Shown here: positions 9,413 through 19,594 of the stretch, in pieces
How positions within the stretch are numbered: the first letter of the stretch is position 1
How the letters are laid out: each line of letters begins with the position of its first letter
NCBI GenBank assembly: GCA_043805145.1
Contig: JAZDIK010000032.1
Coordinates: forward strand, 15,485-79,484
Source of the DNA: Pseudomonadota bacterium
GTDB taxonomy: Bacteria; Desulfobacterota; Syntrophia; Syntrophales; Fen-1087
Reading direction: 5' to 3'
Length of the DNA stretch: 64,000 bases
Notes under the pieces: generated by a model
Told to the model about the DNA's origin: nothing
What the model saw: only the letters and a program-made list of their open reading frames with translations
Databases searched by the model: none
Program-made: the position numbers and the translations under genes

Positions 9413-9677
9413 AAAGAATCCTCCGCTTTTTTCAGGACATTCTTAATATATTCGGATACAGAATAGAATGTCTTATCGGAAATTTCCATTATTATTACAT
9501 CAAGTATCGGGTGGTGAAATTCGAGAGAAGCCATCGCTTGTTTTCATCGGTAATCGTAAATTCTTATTTACTCCGGATTCAAGGACTTGTGGGTGTAAGC
9601 GACGCCCACAACAACTCAACTCATTTCATTTTTTATGAATCAGAAATCTGCATCAATCCGAGGAACTCTAAATTAGA

Positions 9678-10355
9678 TCATTTGATACGATTTTTCAGGC
9701 GGTTCAGATCGCAGACGGTAATGGTACTTCGGGCGGTGGACACGATCCCTTTTTGGCGCAGGATCTTCAATTCCTTGTTGATCGTCTCGCGAGAGACGCC
9801 GATCAGGCTGGCCAGTTCCCGCTGTGTTAAATGCACGTCATACTGCTGATCGCCTTTGTCCACCTGATGTCGGGACTCGACCAGAGCCACGAGCCGTTTT
9901 GCCAACCTGGCAGAGACATTCAAAAAACAGACTTCCGCCACCATATCGTCGGTCCTGCGCAGGCGGAGCGAAAGGACCTCAATGATCGCCCGAACGGCAT
10001 GTTCATTGTGAATCAGGAAGGAAAGAAAATCGGCACGATTAAGAACATATAATTGCGTGTCCTCCAGCGCCATAGCGCCCGCTGAGCGCGGCAGATCATC
10101 AAGCAGGGCCATTTCGCCGAAGAAATCACCGTCAGTTAGCATGGCCAGGGTAATCTCGTCGCCGCGGTTTGTGGAAACGGCAATTTTGATCAGACCTTTA
10201 AAAATGATGTAAAGGGCCGTTCCTTCATCACCCTTGTGAAAAAGGAAATCCCCTTTATGTATGGACCTCCGCCTCAGCATGGATGCCAGTGCTTCTTGCT
10301 CATGCGGTAAAAGGAGGGTAAAAAGAGGGATTTGCTTGATAAGTAATACCGGCAT
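9678..10355 (-). CDS. Crp/Fnr family transcriptional regulator
   Basis: 225 aa. cNMP-binding-like N-terminal domain (FFGEMALLD) and C-terminal HTH (TQRELASLIGVSRETINKELK). Confidence 0.8.
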   Translation of the reverse strand: MPVLLIKQIPLFTLLLPHEQEALASMLRRRSIHKGDFLFHKGDEGTALYIIFKGLIKIAVSTNRGDEITLAMLTDGDFFGEMALLDDLPRSAGAMALEDTQLYVLNRADFLSFLIHNEHAVRAIIEVLSLRLRRTDDMVAEVCFLNVSARLAKRLVALVESRHQVDKGDQQYDVHLTQRELASLIGVSRETINKELKILRQKGIVSTARSTITVCDLNRLKNRIK

Positions 10356-10395
10356 CTCCTGATCCTTCCCTTCCCAGAAACTTTCTAGGTCATTT

Positions 10396-11202
10396 CTAAG
10401 CGACTTGGCCGGTTAATGCTCCATAATACGGAACACGACGGCCTTCAAATAGGTCATTGAACGGATTCAGTCGTTTGTTCCTTGCCGAAGACACGTCGAT
10501 ATTAACGACACCGGTTTCTTCCGTGTCCGCTCCGGCGCGATAAAGGATATTGGCAACCGGACCGGTAATCTGGCTGCGGCCCGTATAGCAAAAGGTTTTG
10601 CCTCCCCGTTGCTCCGTTCCCGTCCGGTTTGAAGTGACCGCAAAGACGCGGTTTTCCAAGCACCTTGTGATCATGGCATCCTGACAGAAAGACAACACCA
10701 GATTGGCCGGGTGACAGATAAGGTCGGCGCCTTTCAGGGCTAAAACGCGCATAGCCTCTGGAAATATCCAGTCAAAACAGATCATGATCCCCAGTTTGCA
10801 CAAACCGATGTCGTAAACCTCAAATCCCCTGTCTCCGGGCGTAAACCAGAGCGTCTCCTCATTGAAAAGATGCACTTTCCGGTAAGTTGCTACATGGCCT
10901 TGGGGCGAAACGAGGATGGCCGCATTATAAAGCCGGTCGCCGGCTTGTTCAACCAGGCCGCCCACAAGGTACAAGTTTTTTTTCCGGGCGATGTTGCATA
11001 GGGCTTCCGTCGTTGGGCCGCCCGGAATGATCTCGGCGAGATCTTTGGCCTCCTGTTTGGAGGTAAAAAGATAACCCGTATTGAAAAACTCCGGAAGCAC
11101 GATTATATCGGCATCCAGAGATTCGATAAGCTGAATTGCTTTTTCAATATTGTCTTTTACGTTACCGAAAAGAGGGTCGAACTGGATAAATCCCGCTTTC
11201 AT
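10396..11202 (-). CDS. Carbon-nitrogen hydrolase (nitrilase superfamily) protein
   Basis: 268 aa. Glu-Lys-Cys triad contexts LPEFFNTGY, YRKVHLF, GIMICFDWIFPE. Confidence 0.8.
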   Translation of the reverse strand: MKAGFIQFDPLFGNVKDNIEKAIQLIESLDADIIVLPEFFNTGYLFTSKQEAKDLAEIIPGGPTTEALCNIARKKNLYLVGGLVEQAGDRLYNAAILVSPQGHVATYRKVHLFNEETLWFTPGDRGFEVYDIGLCKLGIMICFDWIFPEAMRVLALKGADLICHPANLVLSFCQDAMITRCLENRVFAVTSNRTGTEQRGGKTFCYTGRSQITGPVANILYRAGADTEETGVVNIDVSSARNKRLNPFNDLFEGRRVPYYGALTGQVA

Positions 11203-11220
11203 GCCTGTCTCCCGGATGAA

Positions 11221-11511
11221 TTAGAATTCAAAGTCAACGACGCTGATACCGCCACACATCGTCCGGACCTTCTGTAAAACGGCCTGATGGTCCGGATGGA
11301 CCTGATAGCGATTCATGGCATCCACGTTTTCAAAAGCCGATACCAATGCGAAATCCCAGGATCTTTCGGTATGCAGAATGTCATGACCGAACACGAATTC
11401 CCTGATTTCGGTAATCACGGCCGGGAGCCCCCCCAGGCTCTGCCTGAGCCCCTCAATGTCAGGCGCCGTCACGGTCGGCTTGAACTTCATGAAGACAATG
11501 TGTTTGAGCAT
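11221..11511 (-). CDS. Dabb (stress-responsive dimeric alpha-beta barrel) family protein
   Basis: The likely start is the internal MLKHIVFMKFKP (M30 of the 125-aa track ORF). About 97 aa, a typical Dabb length and N-terminus. Confidence 0.65.
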   Translation of the reverse strand: MLKHIVFMKFKPTVTAPDIEGLRQSLGGLPAVITEIREFVFGHDILHTERSWDFALVSAFENVDAMNRYQVHPDHQAVLQKVRTMCGGISVVDFEF

Positions 11512-11604
11512 CCCAAACCTCCTGATATTTAAAGACGGGCGCTCGATAACCAGGCTAAAATATATATCATTCCCTTTGAATCCGCCTCGCCAAGCCACCC
11601 TGCC

Positions 11605-12825
11605 CTATTTCTTTTTTATCCCTTTCGCCCTGAGAGACACCCCGCCCTTGAAGGCATCACCGAGCGACCCGAAAGAATCCGGTTTCTTCTGGAGATATTG
11701 CCGGAAATCTTCGGGTTCCTCTTTCTGTCCCGCAGCATCTTCGTGTGATGCCATGACCAGAGACAGGCGTTTGGCCGCCCGGTCTATTTTCTCGATCTTC
11801 ACCTCGATCATCTGTCCCTGCGTGAGGATCTCACTGGCATGTTTGATCCGCTTCCCTGCACCCAAGCGCGAGATATGCAGCAAACCATCGATCCCCGCCT
11901 CCAATGTGATAAATGCGCCGAAGTTCATCATGTGCGACACCTTGCCGGCATGGACAGATCCTTCCGGGTAGCCGGATTCAACCTTCTCCCAGGGATCCGC
12001 AACCATCTGTTTGAGGCTCAGGCTGATCCTGTCCTTTTCCCGGTCTATCTTCAGAACAGCGACTTCCACTTCCTCGCCGACCTTGAGGGCATCATTGATG
12101 TCTTCAGTACGGCCCCAACCGATTTCAGACATGGGCAACAGTCCATGCAGGCCGTCGATATCCACAAAGGCGCCAAATTTCTGCAGCGAGATGATTTTCC
12201 CTTTTACAGTCTGGCCTTCCTGCAGCGACTGCATCAGCGCGTCTCTTCGTGCCTGCTGCTCTTTTGCAACGATTATCCGATTCGATAAAATAATGTTGCG
12301 TCCCTTCTGGCCGAATTCCGTGACGACAAAGGGAAGGCGCCGCCCGATATAATCAGCCGGCTTGTCAATTCGTCCCAATCCCATCTGTGAAAAGGGACAG
12401 AATCCCCGCATCATCCCGGCAATCCGGATCTCGAACCCCCCCTTGATTTCCTTATCGACCACACCATCTACGGGGATACCGCTGCGCCATGCGTCTTCCA
12501 GGTAGATGCGGCAGGCTTCTCCTGTGGTGATTTTTGTAGTGAAAAGCTTCTCATTCTGTCGGGAGGACAAGAAGTAGGCCCGGATTGTGTCGCCTTCTTT
12601 TACAGTCAACTCTCCGTCATCATTTACTAATTCCTTCTTATCCAGATACCCTTCGTTTTTTCCGCCCAGATCTAGAAAGATCCACTCTGGTGAGATTTTA
12701 ACGATCCGGGCTTCCACTTTCTGTCCCGGTTTCAGCCATAACGGCTCTGTGTGGCTCTGTTCAAACAACTCTGCAAAACTCATTTCTTCGACTGGCTCGT
12801 GCGTGGGTTCCATTTTCTGTTCCAT
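11605..12825 (-). CDS. S1 RNA-binding domain protein (ribosomal protein S1-like, about four S1 repeats)
   Basis: 406 aa with repeated S1/OB motifs (G..V.G.V..I..FGAFV / GLLH.S). Lys-rich C-terminal tail. Confidence 0.75.
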   Translation of the reverse strand: MEQKMEPTHEPVEEMSFAELFEQSHTEPLWLKPGQKVEARIVKISPEWIFLDLGGKNEGYLDKKELVNDDGELTVKEGDTIRAYFLSSRQNEKLFTTKITTGEACRIYLEDAWRSGIPVDGVVDKEIKGGFEIRIAGMMRGFCPFSQMGLGRIDKPADYIGRRLPFVVTEFGQKGRNIILSNRIIVAKEQQARRDALMQSLQEGQTVKGKIISLQKFGAFVDIDGLHGLLPMSEIGWGRTEDINDALKVGEEVEVAVLKIDREKDRISLSLKQMVADPWEKVESGYPEGSVHAGKVSHMMNFGAFITLEAGIDGLLHISRLGAGKRIKHASEILTQGQMIEVKIEKIDRAAKRLSLVMASHEDAAGQKEEPEDFRQYLQKKPDSFGSLGDAFKGGVSLRAKGIKKK

Positions 12826-12920
12826 TGATCATCCTTGTCATTAATATCATCCTGACGGGGAGGCTTTCAGCTTCAGGGCATCCCCTATCGGCGTCGCTTA
12901 TATCTTAATCTAGCACGCTT

Positions 12921-12961
12921 AACAAGCAAAAAGCCATGGCTGTATGGAACAGCCATGGCTT
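12921..12961 (-). terminator. Rho-independent terminator ending the beta-oxidation operon
   Basis: Perfect 13-bp inverted repeat AAGCCATGGCTGT/ACAGCCATGGCTT with a 5-nt loop. On the minus strand it is followed by TTTTTGCTTGTT. Confidence 0.7.
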
Positions 12962-13055
12962 CCTGTGAAAATCGCATCTGACGGGTTTTTGAAAAGCCGC
13001 CTATCGTCAGGCGGGGAGGGATCTTTTCTTGCTCGTCAATGCGCAGGTAAAATTG

Positions 13056-14252
13056 CTACAGCATTTCATATATGCCGGCAGCGCCCATGCCGCCTCCGAT
13101 ACACATGGAAACGATTCCGCGTTTAGCCTTCCGGCGTTTCAGCTCATGGAGCAGATGGGCAGTCAGCTTGGCGCCTGTGCATCCGAGCGGATGCCCCAGG
13201 GCAATCGCACCGCCGTTCGGATTAATGTCCCCGGCAAAATAACGATCCTCAATCCCCACGGCCCGGCATGAATAGATGGCCTGTGAAGCAAAGGCCTCAT
13301 TGATTTCATAAACATCAATGTCCTTGGTGGTTAATTCTGCCATCTTCAGAACCTTGGGAATCGCGTATGCAGGGCCGACCCCCATTTCTTCGGCCTTGCA
13401 GCCGGCAACGGCAAAATAGGTCAGCTTGGCCAGCGGCTTCAACCCCAGTTCTTTAGCTTTGTTCGCCGTCATGAGCAGGGAAAACGCGGCGCCGTCGGTC
13501 ATCTGGGAAGAGTTGGCGGCGGTCACCGTCCCGCCTTGCCTGAAGGGGGACTTCAACTTGGCCATATCCTCTAACTTTGCCGGCCACCTCACGCCGTCAT
13601 CGGTATCAAAAATGAACTTTTCCCGGACGCGCTTGCCGTTTTTCAGAACCTTGTACATAAAAGCCTCAATGGGGATGATCTCATCTTTGAATTTCCCCGC
13701 CTTCTGGGCTTCAAAGGCCCTGCGATTGCTCTCCAGGCCGAACTTGTCCATATCTTCTCTGGAGATTTTGTAATTTGCCGCAACATTTTCTGCCGTGATG
13801 CCCATGGAGACATAGACATTGGGCATGCTGCCGTCGAAAGCCCAGTCGGGATTGGGACGGAAGATGCTGCCGCCCATGGGGATGTGAGACATGGTCTCGC
13901 ATCCGCCCGCGATAATCACGTCGGACCAGCCCGCGCGAATCTTGGCGGTCGCATCGGCAATCGCCTGGATGCCCGATGAACAAAAACGGTTGACGACCAT
14001 GCCCGATACGGAAATCGGCAACCCTGCCCCCATCGCAATGACGCGGCCGTAGTTAATGCCCTGTTCGCCTTCGGGGAAGGAACAGCCGACAATGACGTCA
14101 TCCACTTCTTCCGGCTTCATTCCGGGAAACCGGGCGAGCAAGCCCTTCATCACCTGAATACCGATATCGTCGCCCCTGGTAGCGGCCAAGCCTCCTCTTT
14201 TATATCTTCCGCCCGGACTTCTGACGGCTTCAACAATAACAGCTTCACTCAT
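13056..14252 (-). CDS. Acetyl-CoA C-acyltransferase (thiolase)
   Basis: 398 aa. Active-site contexts NRFCSSGIQA, GHPLGCTGAK, MCIGGGMG. Confidence 0.9.
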   Translation of the reverse strand: MSEAVIVEAVRSPGGRYKRGGLAATRGDDIGIQVMKGLLARFPGMKPEEVDDVIVGCSFPEGEQGINYGRVIAMGAGLPISVSGMVVNRFCSSGIQAIADATAKIRAGWSDVIIAGGCETMSHIPMGGSIFRPNPDWAFDGSMPNVYVSMGITAENVAANYKISREDMDKFGLESNRRAFEAQKAGKFKDEIIPIEAFMYKVLKNGKRVREKFIFDTDDGVRWPAKLEDMAKLKSPFRQGGTVTAANSSQMTDGAAFSLLMTANKAKELGLKPLAKLTYFAVAGCKAEEMGVGPAYAIPKVLKMAELTTKDIDVYEINEAFASQAIYSCRAVGIEDRYFAGDINPNGGAIALGHPLGCTGAKLTAHLLHELKRRKAKRGIVSMCIGGGMGAAGIYEML

Positions 14253-14331
14253 GATATTCCTCCTTGTCTTCAGGATCCCCCGCCCTTTTCCTCCCCCAGC
14301 GGAGGGGGAATGATCGGGGGACGTTCATTGT

Positions 14332-16752
14332 TTAATTGCGCAACGGCTTACCCGTCGTCAACATTTGCATGATCCGGTCCTGGGTCTTCTGCTCGCCCAT
14401 AAGGCTCATGAAGGCTTCCTTCTCCAGATCCAGGATTTCCTGTTCCGTCACAAACGTTCCTTCTGCGCAGTCGCCGCCGGAAATGATATGGGCCACTTTT
14501 CGGGCGATATGGACATCGTAGGCGGACGCGTAGTTGCCGTGCTGCATGTTATAGAGAATCGCGTCGGCCATGCCGCGGAAATTCTCGCCCATCACGGGAA
14601 TCAGGGCCGGACGCGCCTTCCTGTAGAACCTGGACAGGCCCAGAACAACCTGCTTGGCGTCATAGATCTGCTGATCCCGGTTGAGACTGATATATTCCGT
14701 CTTGCGGATGAAACCCATTTCCATGGCTTCCATGGCGCTCGTGGCCACCTTGGCCATGGCGATGGTTTCAAAGGCTTTGCCCAGAATCGTCTGCAGGTTC
14801 AGACCTGCATCGATGACGCCGTCGGGAATCCCTTCGGTCAGGCGCACCATGAGTTCCTTGCAGCCGCCGCCGGCCGGGATGACGCCGACACCGACTTCCA
14901 CAAGACCGATATAGGTTTCGCCGCAGGGCTGGCATTTCGCCCCGTGCATGCTCATTTCACAACCACCACCCAGCGCCAGCCCGGCGGGCGCCGTCACAAC
15001 CGGCTTGGACAGGTACTTCATGCGCATGTTCGCGTTCTGAAATTCGGAAATCAAGGTTTCCAGGACATCCCAGTCGCCCTTCTGCGCGGCGAGCAAGACC
15101 TTGAAAATGTTAGCGCCGGCGGAAAAGTTGGCCGCATGGTTGCCGACGACCAGTCCAACGCAATCCTTCTCCACGATGTCGCAGGCGGCAAAGATCATTT
15201 CGATCATGAGATCATCGACGGCGTTCATCTTGGTATGGAACTCAAGGCAGGCCACGCCGTCGCCGATGTCCACAAGCGTAGCGGATGCATTTGTCTTGAT
15301 CACTTTCTTCAGATCCTTCAACGCGGGCAGCAGGATGATGCGCGCGTTCGGTTCGAGCAGGACATAGTTCTTCTTCTCAAAGTCATAGTAGTAGGCGCCG
15401 TCATCCTTCTTCGCGTAGAAGGTTTCGAAACCCTTCTTCAGCATCTCCTCGATCTTCTTGGGCACTTTCTTTTTGAGCTGTTTCATGACCTCGACCGCTT
15501 CCCGGACGCCTACGGCATCCCAGGTTTCGAACGGACCGAGTTGGTGGTTATAGCCCCACTTCATAGCGTTATCGATTGCGACGATGTTATCGCAGATCTC
15601 GGGAACGCGATTGGCGGCGTAGATGAAGTTATTGCAGAGGTACTCGCGCGCCAGCTCGGCGGCGGCATCTTTACCGAAGAAGACGGTCTTGATTGTTGCG
15701 GCAGCGCCGTCATCGGATTTCTTCTTGGCCGCGGAGACGGACTCATACCTGGGTTTCGTCGGGGCAACGTATTCCATAGTGTTGTAATCGAGCACCATCT
15801 TCGCCGTCTTGCCCTTGGCGTCCTTGGTCTTTTTGTAAAAGCCCTGCTTGGTCTTGTTGCCGAGCCATTTGAGCTCCATCATTTTGTCCATGAAGGGCGG
15901 CGGCATAAAGATATTCCTGCTTTCGTCGTCGGGAACGGCCTCATAGAGATTCTTCATGACATGCTGGCCCGTATCGAGGCCAACCAAGTCGAGGGTCCCG
16001 AAGATGGAGGAGCCCGGACGGCCCAGTGCCTTGCCGATCACGGCGTCCACTTCTTCCACCTTCATCTTCTTTTCCACCATCAGGTTGACAGCATTGGCGA
16101 TGTCGAAGACGCCGATGCGGTTGCCGATGAAATTAGGAACGTCCTTGCAGACCACAACGCCCTTGCCCAGCACTTGCTCGCAGAAGGTGATCATGTAGTC
16201 CACGATCTCTTTGTTGGTCTTCTCGCCGGGGATGATCTCCAGTAATTTCATATACCGCGGCGGATTGAAGAAGTGGGTGCCCAGGAAATGTTCTTTAAAT
16301 TTAGCGCCGGACTTTGTCGTAATATCCTTGATGGGCAACCCGGAAGTGTTGGTGGTAACGATACAGGTCGGTTTGACGATCTTCTCGACCCTGGCGAAAA
16401 GCTCCTGTTTGATTTTGAGATTCTCAATTACAACCTCGATGACCCAGTCCACATCGGCAAGCCACTCGAGGTTGTCCTCAAAGTTGCCGATAGTGATCAT
16501 GGATGCGTTCTTCTTGCTGTAGAAACTGGCCGGCTTGGATTTTGTAACGCCGGCGAGGCCGTTCGCGGAAAAGCGGTTCCGCCAAGCGGGGCTTTTCTCG
16601 GTCAGGCCCTGTTTCTTGTCGGTTTCGGTCAGTTCAAAGGGGATGATATCCAACAAATAACAGGGAATCCCCGCATTCGTCAGATGGGCGGCGATGGTCG
16701 CGCCCATGACGCCTGCGCCTAATACGGCGGCTTTTTTGATTTCATAGGACAT
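14332..16752 (-). CDS. Bifunctional 3-hydroxyacyl-CoA dehydrogenase / enoyl-CoA hydratase
   Basis: The start is taken at MSYEIKK, 8 nt after GGAGG. N-terminal Rossmann VLGAGVMGATIA is followed by a C-terminal crotonase-like region. About 806 aa. Confidence 0.85.
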   Translation of the reverse strand: MSYEIKKAAVLGAGVMGATIAAHLTNAGIPCYLLDIIPFELTETDKKQGLTEKSPAWRNRFSANGLAGVTKSKPASFYSKKNASMITIGNFEDNLEWLADVDWVIEVVIENLKIKQELFARVEKIVKPTCIVTTNTSGLPIKDITTKSGAKFKEHFLGTHFFNPPRYMKLLEIIPGEKTNKEIVDYMITFCEQVLGKGVVVCKDVPNFIGNRIGVFDIANAVNLMVEKKMKVEEVDAVIGKALGRPGSSIFGTLDLVGLDTGQHVMKNLYEAVPDDESRNIFMPPPFMDKMMELKWLGNKTKQGFYKKTKDAKGKTAKMVLDYNTMEYVAPTKPRYESVSAAKKKSDDGAAATIKTVFFGKDAAAELAREYLCNNFIYAANRVPEICDNIVAIDNAMKWGYNHQLGPFETWDAVGVREAVEVMKQLKKKVPKKIEEMLKKGFETFYAKKDDGAYYYDFEKKNYVLLEPNARIILLPALKDLKKVIKTNASATLVDIGDGVACLEFHTKMNAVDDLMIEMIFAACDIVEKDCVGLVVGNHAANFSAGANIFKVLLAAQKGDWDVLETLISEFQNANMRMKYLSKPVVTAPAGLALGGGCEMSMHGAKCQPCGETYIGLVEVGVGVIPAGGGCKELMVRLTEGIPDGVIDAGLNLQTILGKAFETIAMAKVATSAMEAMEMGFIRKTEYISLNRDQQIYDAKQVVLGLSRFYRKARPALIPVMGENFRGMADAILYNMQHGNYASAYDVHIARKVAHIISGGDCAEGTFVTEQEILDLEKEAFMSLMGEQKTQDRIMQMLTTGKPLRN

Positions 16753-16870
16753 ATTCATTTCCTCCTCATTGTTGCTTATGGCCCGGTGCCGGTTTATGTC
16801 CTGAGGATCCAACCGGCACAAGCTGCATAAGATGCGGCAACTGCCTCAGGGCGCCGCCGCAATAATGTAT

Positions 16871-18730
16871 TTATGCTGCGAACGATTCATCCGCCATTTC
16901 AATGGGAACCTTATCCGCAACCTTCATCGCCGCACACTTTGCCTTCACCAGCGAGAGGACTTCCACGGCAAAGAATTTCGCCGACGCAACTTTGCCCTCG
17001 TAGAAGGCCACATCGGCATCATCGTGGACAAGCGCACGCCGTTTGCCCTTGGTGTCGGCGCCCTTTTCCTCATAAATCTTGATTAATTTTTCATGGGCAA
17101 TGGCCCCGGCTTGTAGCAGGAAGTGCCCGAGCAGCAAATCGCCGAAGGTTTCCAGATAGGGTGATGCGTTCAGAATCGGAATCAGGAAGCTCGAACTCTT
17201 GCCCAGCGCAGCGAAGGTCATGGTCAGATCGACGACGGCATTGTTCGCTTCTTCGAGGAAGGCCGCGTATTTTTCAAGCTCGGGGATGCCTTTGGCCCTC
17301 GCAATCGTAGCGCCGATCTCGCCGATCATGTTCATGACATTCATGCCCTTGTCCTGGCCGAGTTTCCGGCCGACGAGGTCAAGGGACTGGATGCCGTTGG
17401 TCCCCTCGTAGAGGCAGGCAATTTTACAATCCCGCATGAATTGCTCCACGGGATATTCCTGGCAATAGCCGTAGCCGCCGTAGATATCGATGGCCTTTGA
17501 GGTGATCAGCATGCCCATATCGGATGAATAGGCCTTGCACACAGGCGTCAGCAGTTCCACAAAACCAAACCATTTCGCCTTTTCCTCCGGAAACGCGAGG
17601 GACATGTCCAGCGCGTAGGCAGTGAAGTAATTCAGGCTGCGCAGGCCTTCCACGTAAGCTTTCATCCAGAGCAAGTCCCTGCGGACATCGGGATGCTGAA
17701 TGATGGCAACAGGCTTTGCGTCAGGGTTTTTCATCTCCCAGACCGGGGTGCTCTGAATTCTTTCCTTGGCGTAGGCAACGGCGTGTTCAAGGGCCGCCGA
17801 GGAGTGTCCCAGGGCCTGCATGCCGACCTCCATGCGGGCTTCGTTCATCATCTGGAACATGATTCTCAAGCCATCGCGTTCGTTGCCCAACAGTTCGCCG
17901 ATGCAGGCTCCGTCCTCGCCGAAGTTCAGCGTGCAGGTTGCGGACCCTTTGATGCCCATCTTGTGCTCGATGTTCCCGGTTTTAACGTCGTTGAATTCGC
18001 CCAGGGAGCCGTCGTCGTTGACTCGGTACTTGGGAACGATAAAGATGGAAATGCCGGGCGTTCCGGAGGGATCGCCTTCAATTCTCGCCAGAACGGGATG
18101 GATAATATTTTCGGTCAGATCGTGATCCCCGCAGGAGATAAAGCACTTGGTCCCGGAGATCAGGAACTTCCCGTCGGGAAGCCGCTTGGCCGAGGTCCGC
18201 AGGGCGCCCACATCGCTGCCCGCGCCGGGCTCGGTCAGACACATCGTGCCACTCCATTCGCCGGCAAACATCCTGTACATGTATTTATTCTTCAGCTCTT
18301 CCGTCCCGTGATGCAGAATCAATGCGGCCGCTCCGTGGGTCAGGCCGGGATACATCAGGAAGGCGAAATTGGCGGCGTAGCAAGGCTCCACATTCGCCGT
18401 CGCCGTTATGAAGGGCAATCCCTGGCCGCCGACATCTACGGGCTGCACCTGAGCCAGCCATCCGGCTTCACAATACTTTTTATAAGCCTCATGGAAGCAT
18501 TCAGGCACTGTTACCTTTCCGTCCTTAAAGGAACATCCCTGCTTGTCGCCCAGTTCATAGGTCGGCAGCAGGACATTCATGGCCATCTTTTCCGCTTCGT
18601 TCATCATCATGAGAACATCGTCTTTAGAGAAATCCTTGTACTTTTCCGTCTCGAACAGCTTTTCGATCTCGAGCTGCTCAAATAGGACGAAATGCTGATC
18701 CCTCATGTTCACCAGTAAATTGCTCATCAT
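16871..18730 (-). CDS. Long-form acyl-CoA dehydrogenase
   Basis: 619 aa. ACAD N, middle and C-terminal domains recognisable (GWLAQ..., CLTEPGAGSD, YEGTNGIQ) plus an extra C-terminal helical extension. Confidence 0.85.
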   Translation of the reverse strand: MMSNLLVNMRDQHFVLFEQLEIEKLFETEKYKDFSKDDVLMMMNEAEKMAMNVLLPTYELGDKQGCSFKDGKVTVPECFHEAYKKYCEAGWLAQVQPVDVGGQGLPFITATANVEPCYAANFAFLMYPGLTHGAAALILHHGTEELKNKYMYRMFAGEWSGTMCLTEPGAGSDVGALRTSAKRLPDGKFLISGTKCFISCGDHDLTENIIHPVLARIEGDPSGTPGISIFIVPKYRVNDDGSLGEFNDVKTGNIEHKMGIKGSATCTLNFGEDGACIGELLGNERDGLRIMFQMMNEARMEVGMQALGHSSAALEHAVAYAKERIQSTPVWEMKNPDAKPVAIIQHPDVRRDLLWMKAYVEGLRSLNYFTAYALDMSLAFPEEKAKWFGFVELLTPVCKAYSSDMGMLITSKAIDIYGGYGYCQEYPVEQFMRDCKIACLYEGTNGIQSLDLVGRKLGQDKGMNVMNMIGEIGATIARAKGIPELEKYAAFLEEANNAVVDLTMTFAALGKSSSFLIPILNASPYLETFGDLLLGHFLLQAGAIAHEKLIKIYEEKGADTKGKRRALVHDDADVAFYEGKVASAKFFAVEVLSLVKAKCAAMKVADKVPIEMADESFAA

Positions 18731-18751
18731 AAACCTCCTTCCGAAACCCTG

Positions 18752-19384
18752 TTAGAATGTCTGAAAATTTATATTCTGGCTGGCCATCTCATCACTTTTG
18801 CTATAATATTTCAGACCTTTGATGAAGATGCCCAGGCTTCCCTTGATCGTGAAACGGATCCTCTCCTCACGGTTTTCATCCTTGCCGGTGAATAGATGCA
18901 GAGAAATGACCCCGTTGAGAAAACCCCATATGGCGTTGCGGCATTGCCGGACATTGATGTCTGCCGGAAATTCGCTTTGTATGATGCCACGCTGCAGGAT
19001 GGTTTCGATGATTTTGATGGTGTTGTTTGTGACTTCGACAATATGTTCATTGACCGATTCCGCCAAATTCATATCTTCTGTGTGGAGCATGAAGGTCATC
19101 ATGATCCTGAATAACTCCCGGTCGTTCAGAAAAAAATCGATATAAATGCAGGCGAATTCGAGAATGAGTTCGGCTGCAGATTTGTTGTCTTGAAAGAGAT
19201 GAGCGGATTTTTTATTGAACTTTTCGATATCGCTTAAGAGAATGTGCGTGTAGATTTCTTCCTTGCTTCTGAAATAAAGGTAAATGGACCCCTTGCTGAG
19301 TTCGGATCTTTTCGCGATGTTCTCAACCGTAACATACTTGAAGCCTTTTTCAAAAAACAGCTTTCTGGCCGCGTTGAGGATCAC
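18752..19384 (-). CDS. TetR/AcrR family transcriptional regulator
   Basis: 210 aa with a GTG start. N-terminal HTH ILNAARKLFFEKGFKYVTVENIAKRSELSKGSIYLYFRSKEEIY. First gene of the ACAD-HADH-thiolase operon. Confidence 0.8.
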   Translation of the reverse strand: MILNAARKLFFEKGFKYVTVENIAKRSELSKGSIYLYFRSKEEIYTHILLSDIEKFNKKSAHLFQDNKSAAELILEFACIYIDFFLNDRELFRIMMTFMLHTEDMNLAESVNEHIVEVTNNTIKIIETILQRGIIQSEFPADINVRQCRNAIWGFLNGVISLHLFTGKDENREERIRFTIKGSLGIFIKGLKYYSKSDEMASQNINFQTF

Positions 19385-19491
19385 GCTTCGTCTCTACTCT
19401 TTCTCTCTTCTCCTTCTCTCCTCAAGCCCCATGACAGTCATGACTTTCTTACGGATTATACTTCTGTCGACTCTGACTAATGATTAGGATT

Positions 19492-19522
19492 TGACCATAA
19501 GTCAATTACTGACCATCGGTCA
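19492..19522. promoter_or_regulatory. Two adjacent operator-like palindromes upstream of tetR
   Basis: TGACCATAAGTCA (19492-19504) and TGACCATCGGTCA (19510-19522), both TGAC-N5-GTCA. They lie 110-140 nt upstream of the tetR start, in the divergent intergenic region. Confidence 0.45.
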
Positions 19523-19594
19523 TACATTATCTACATGCACCTTTAGGCTTTGTCAAGAAAAAACACAATGAGATATATTTCCGATGCCGAGCCG

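Noticed and set aside
14365-16245. A 626-aa ORF on the plus strand.
   Set aside because: It is entirely antisense to the well-supported HADH/ECH gene. Its composition is low-complexity (runs of G, D, H, A, V, L) with no recognisable motifs or RBS. This is the typical mirror ORF of a codon-biased gene.
17693-18685. A 330-aa ORF on the plus strand.
   Set aside because: It is antisense to the acyl-CoA dehydrogenase gene, so it is a mirror ORF.
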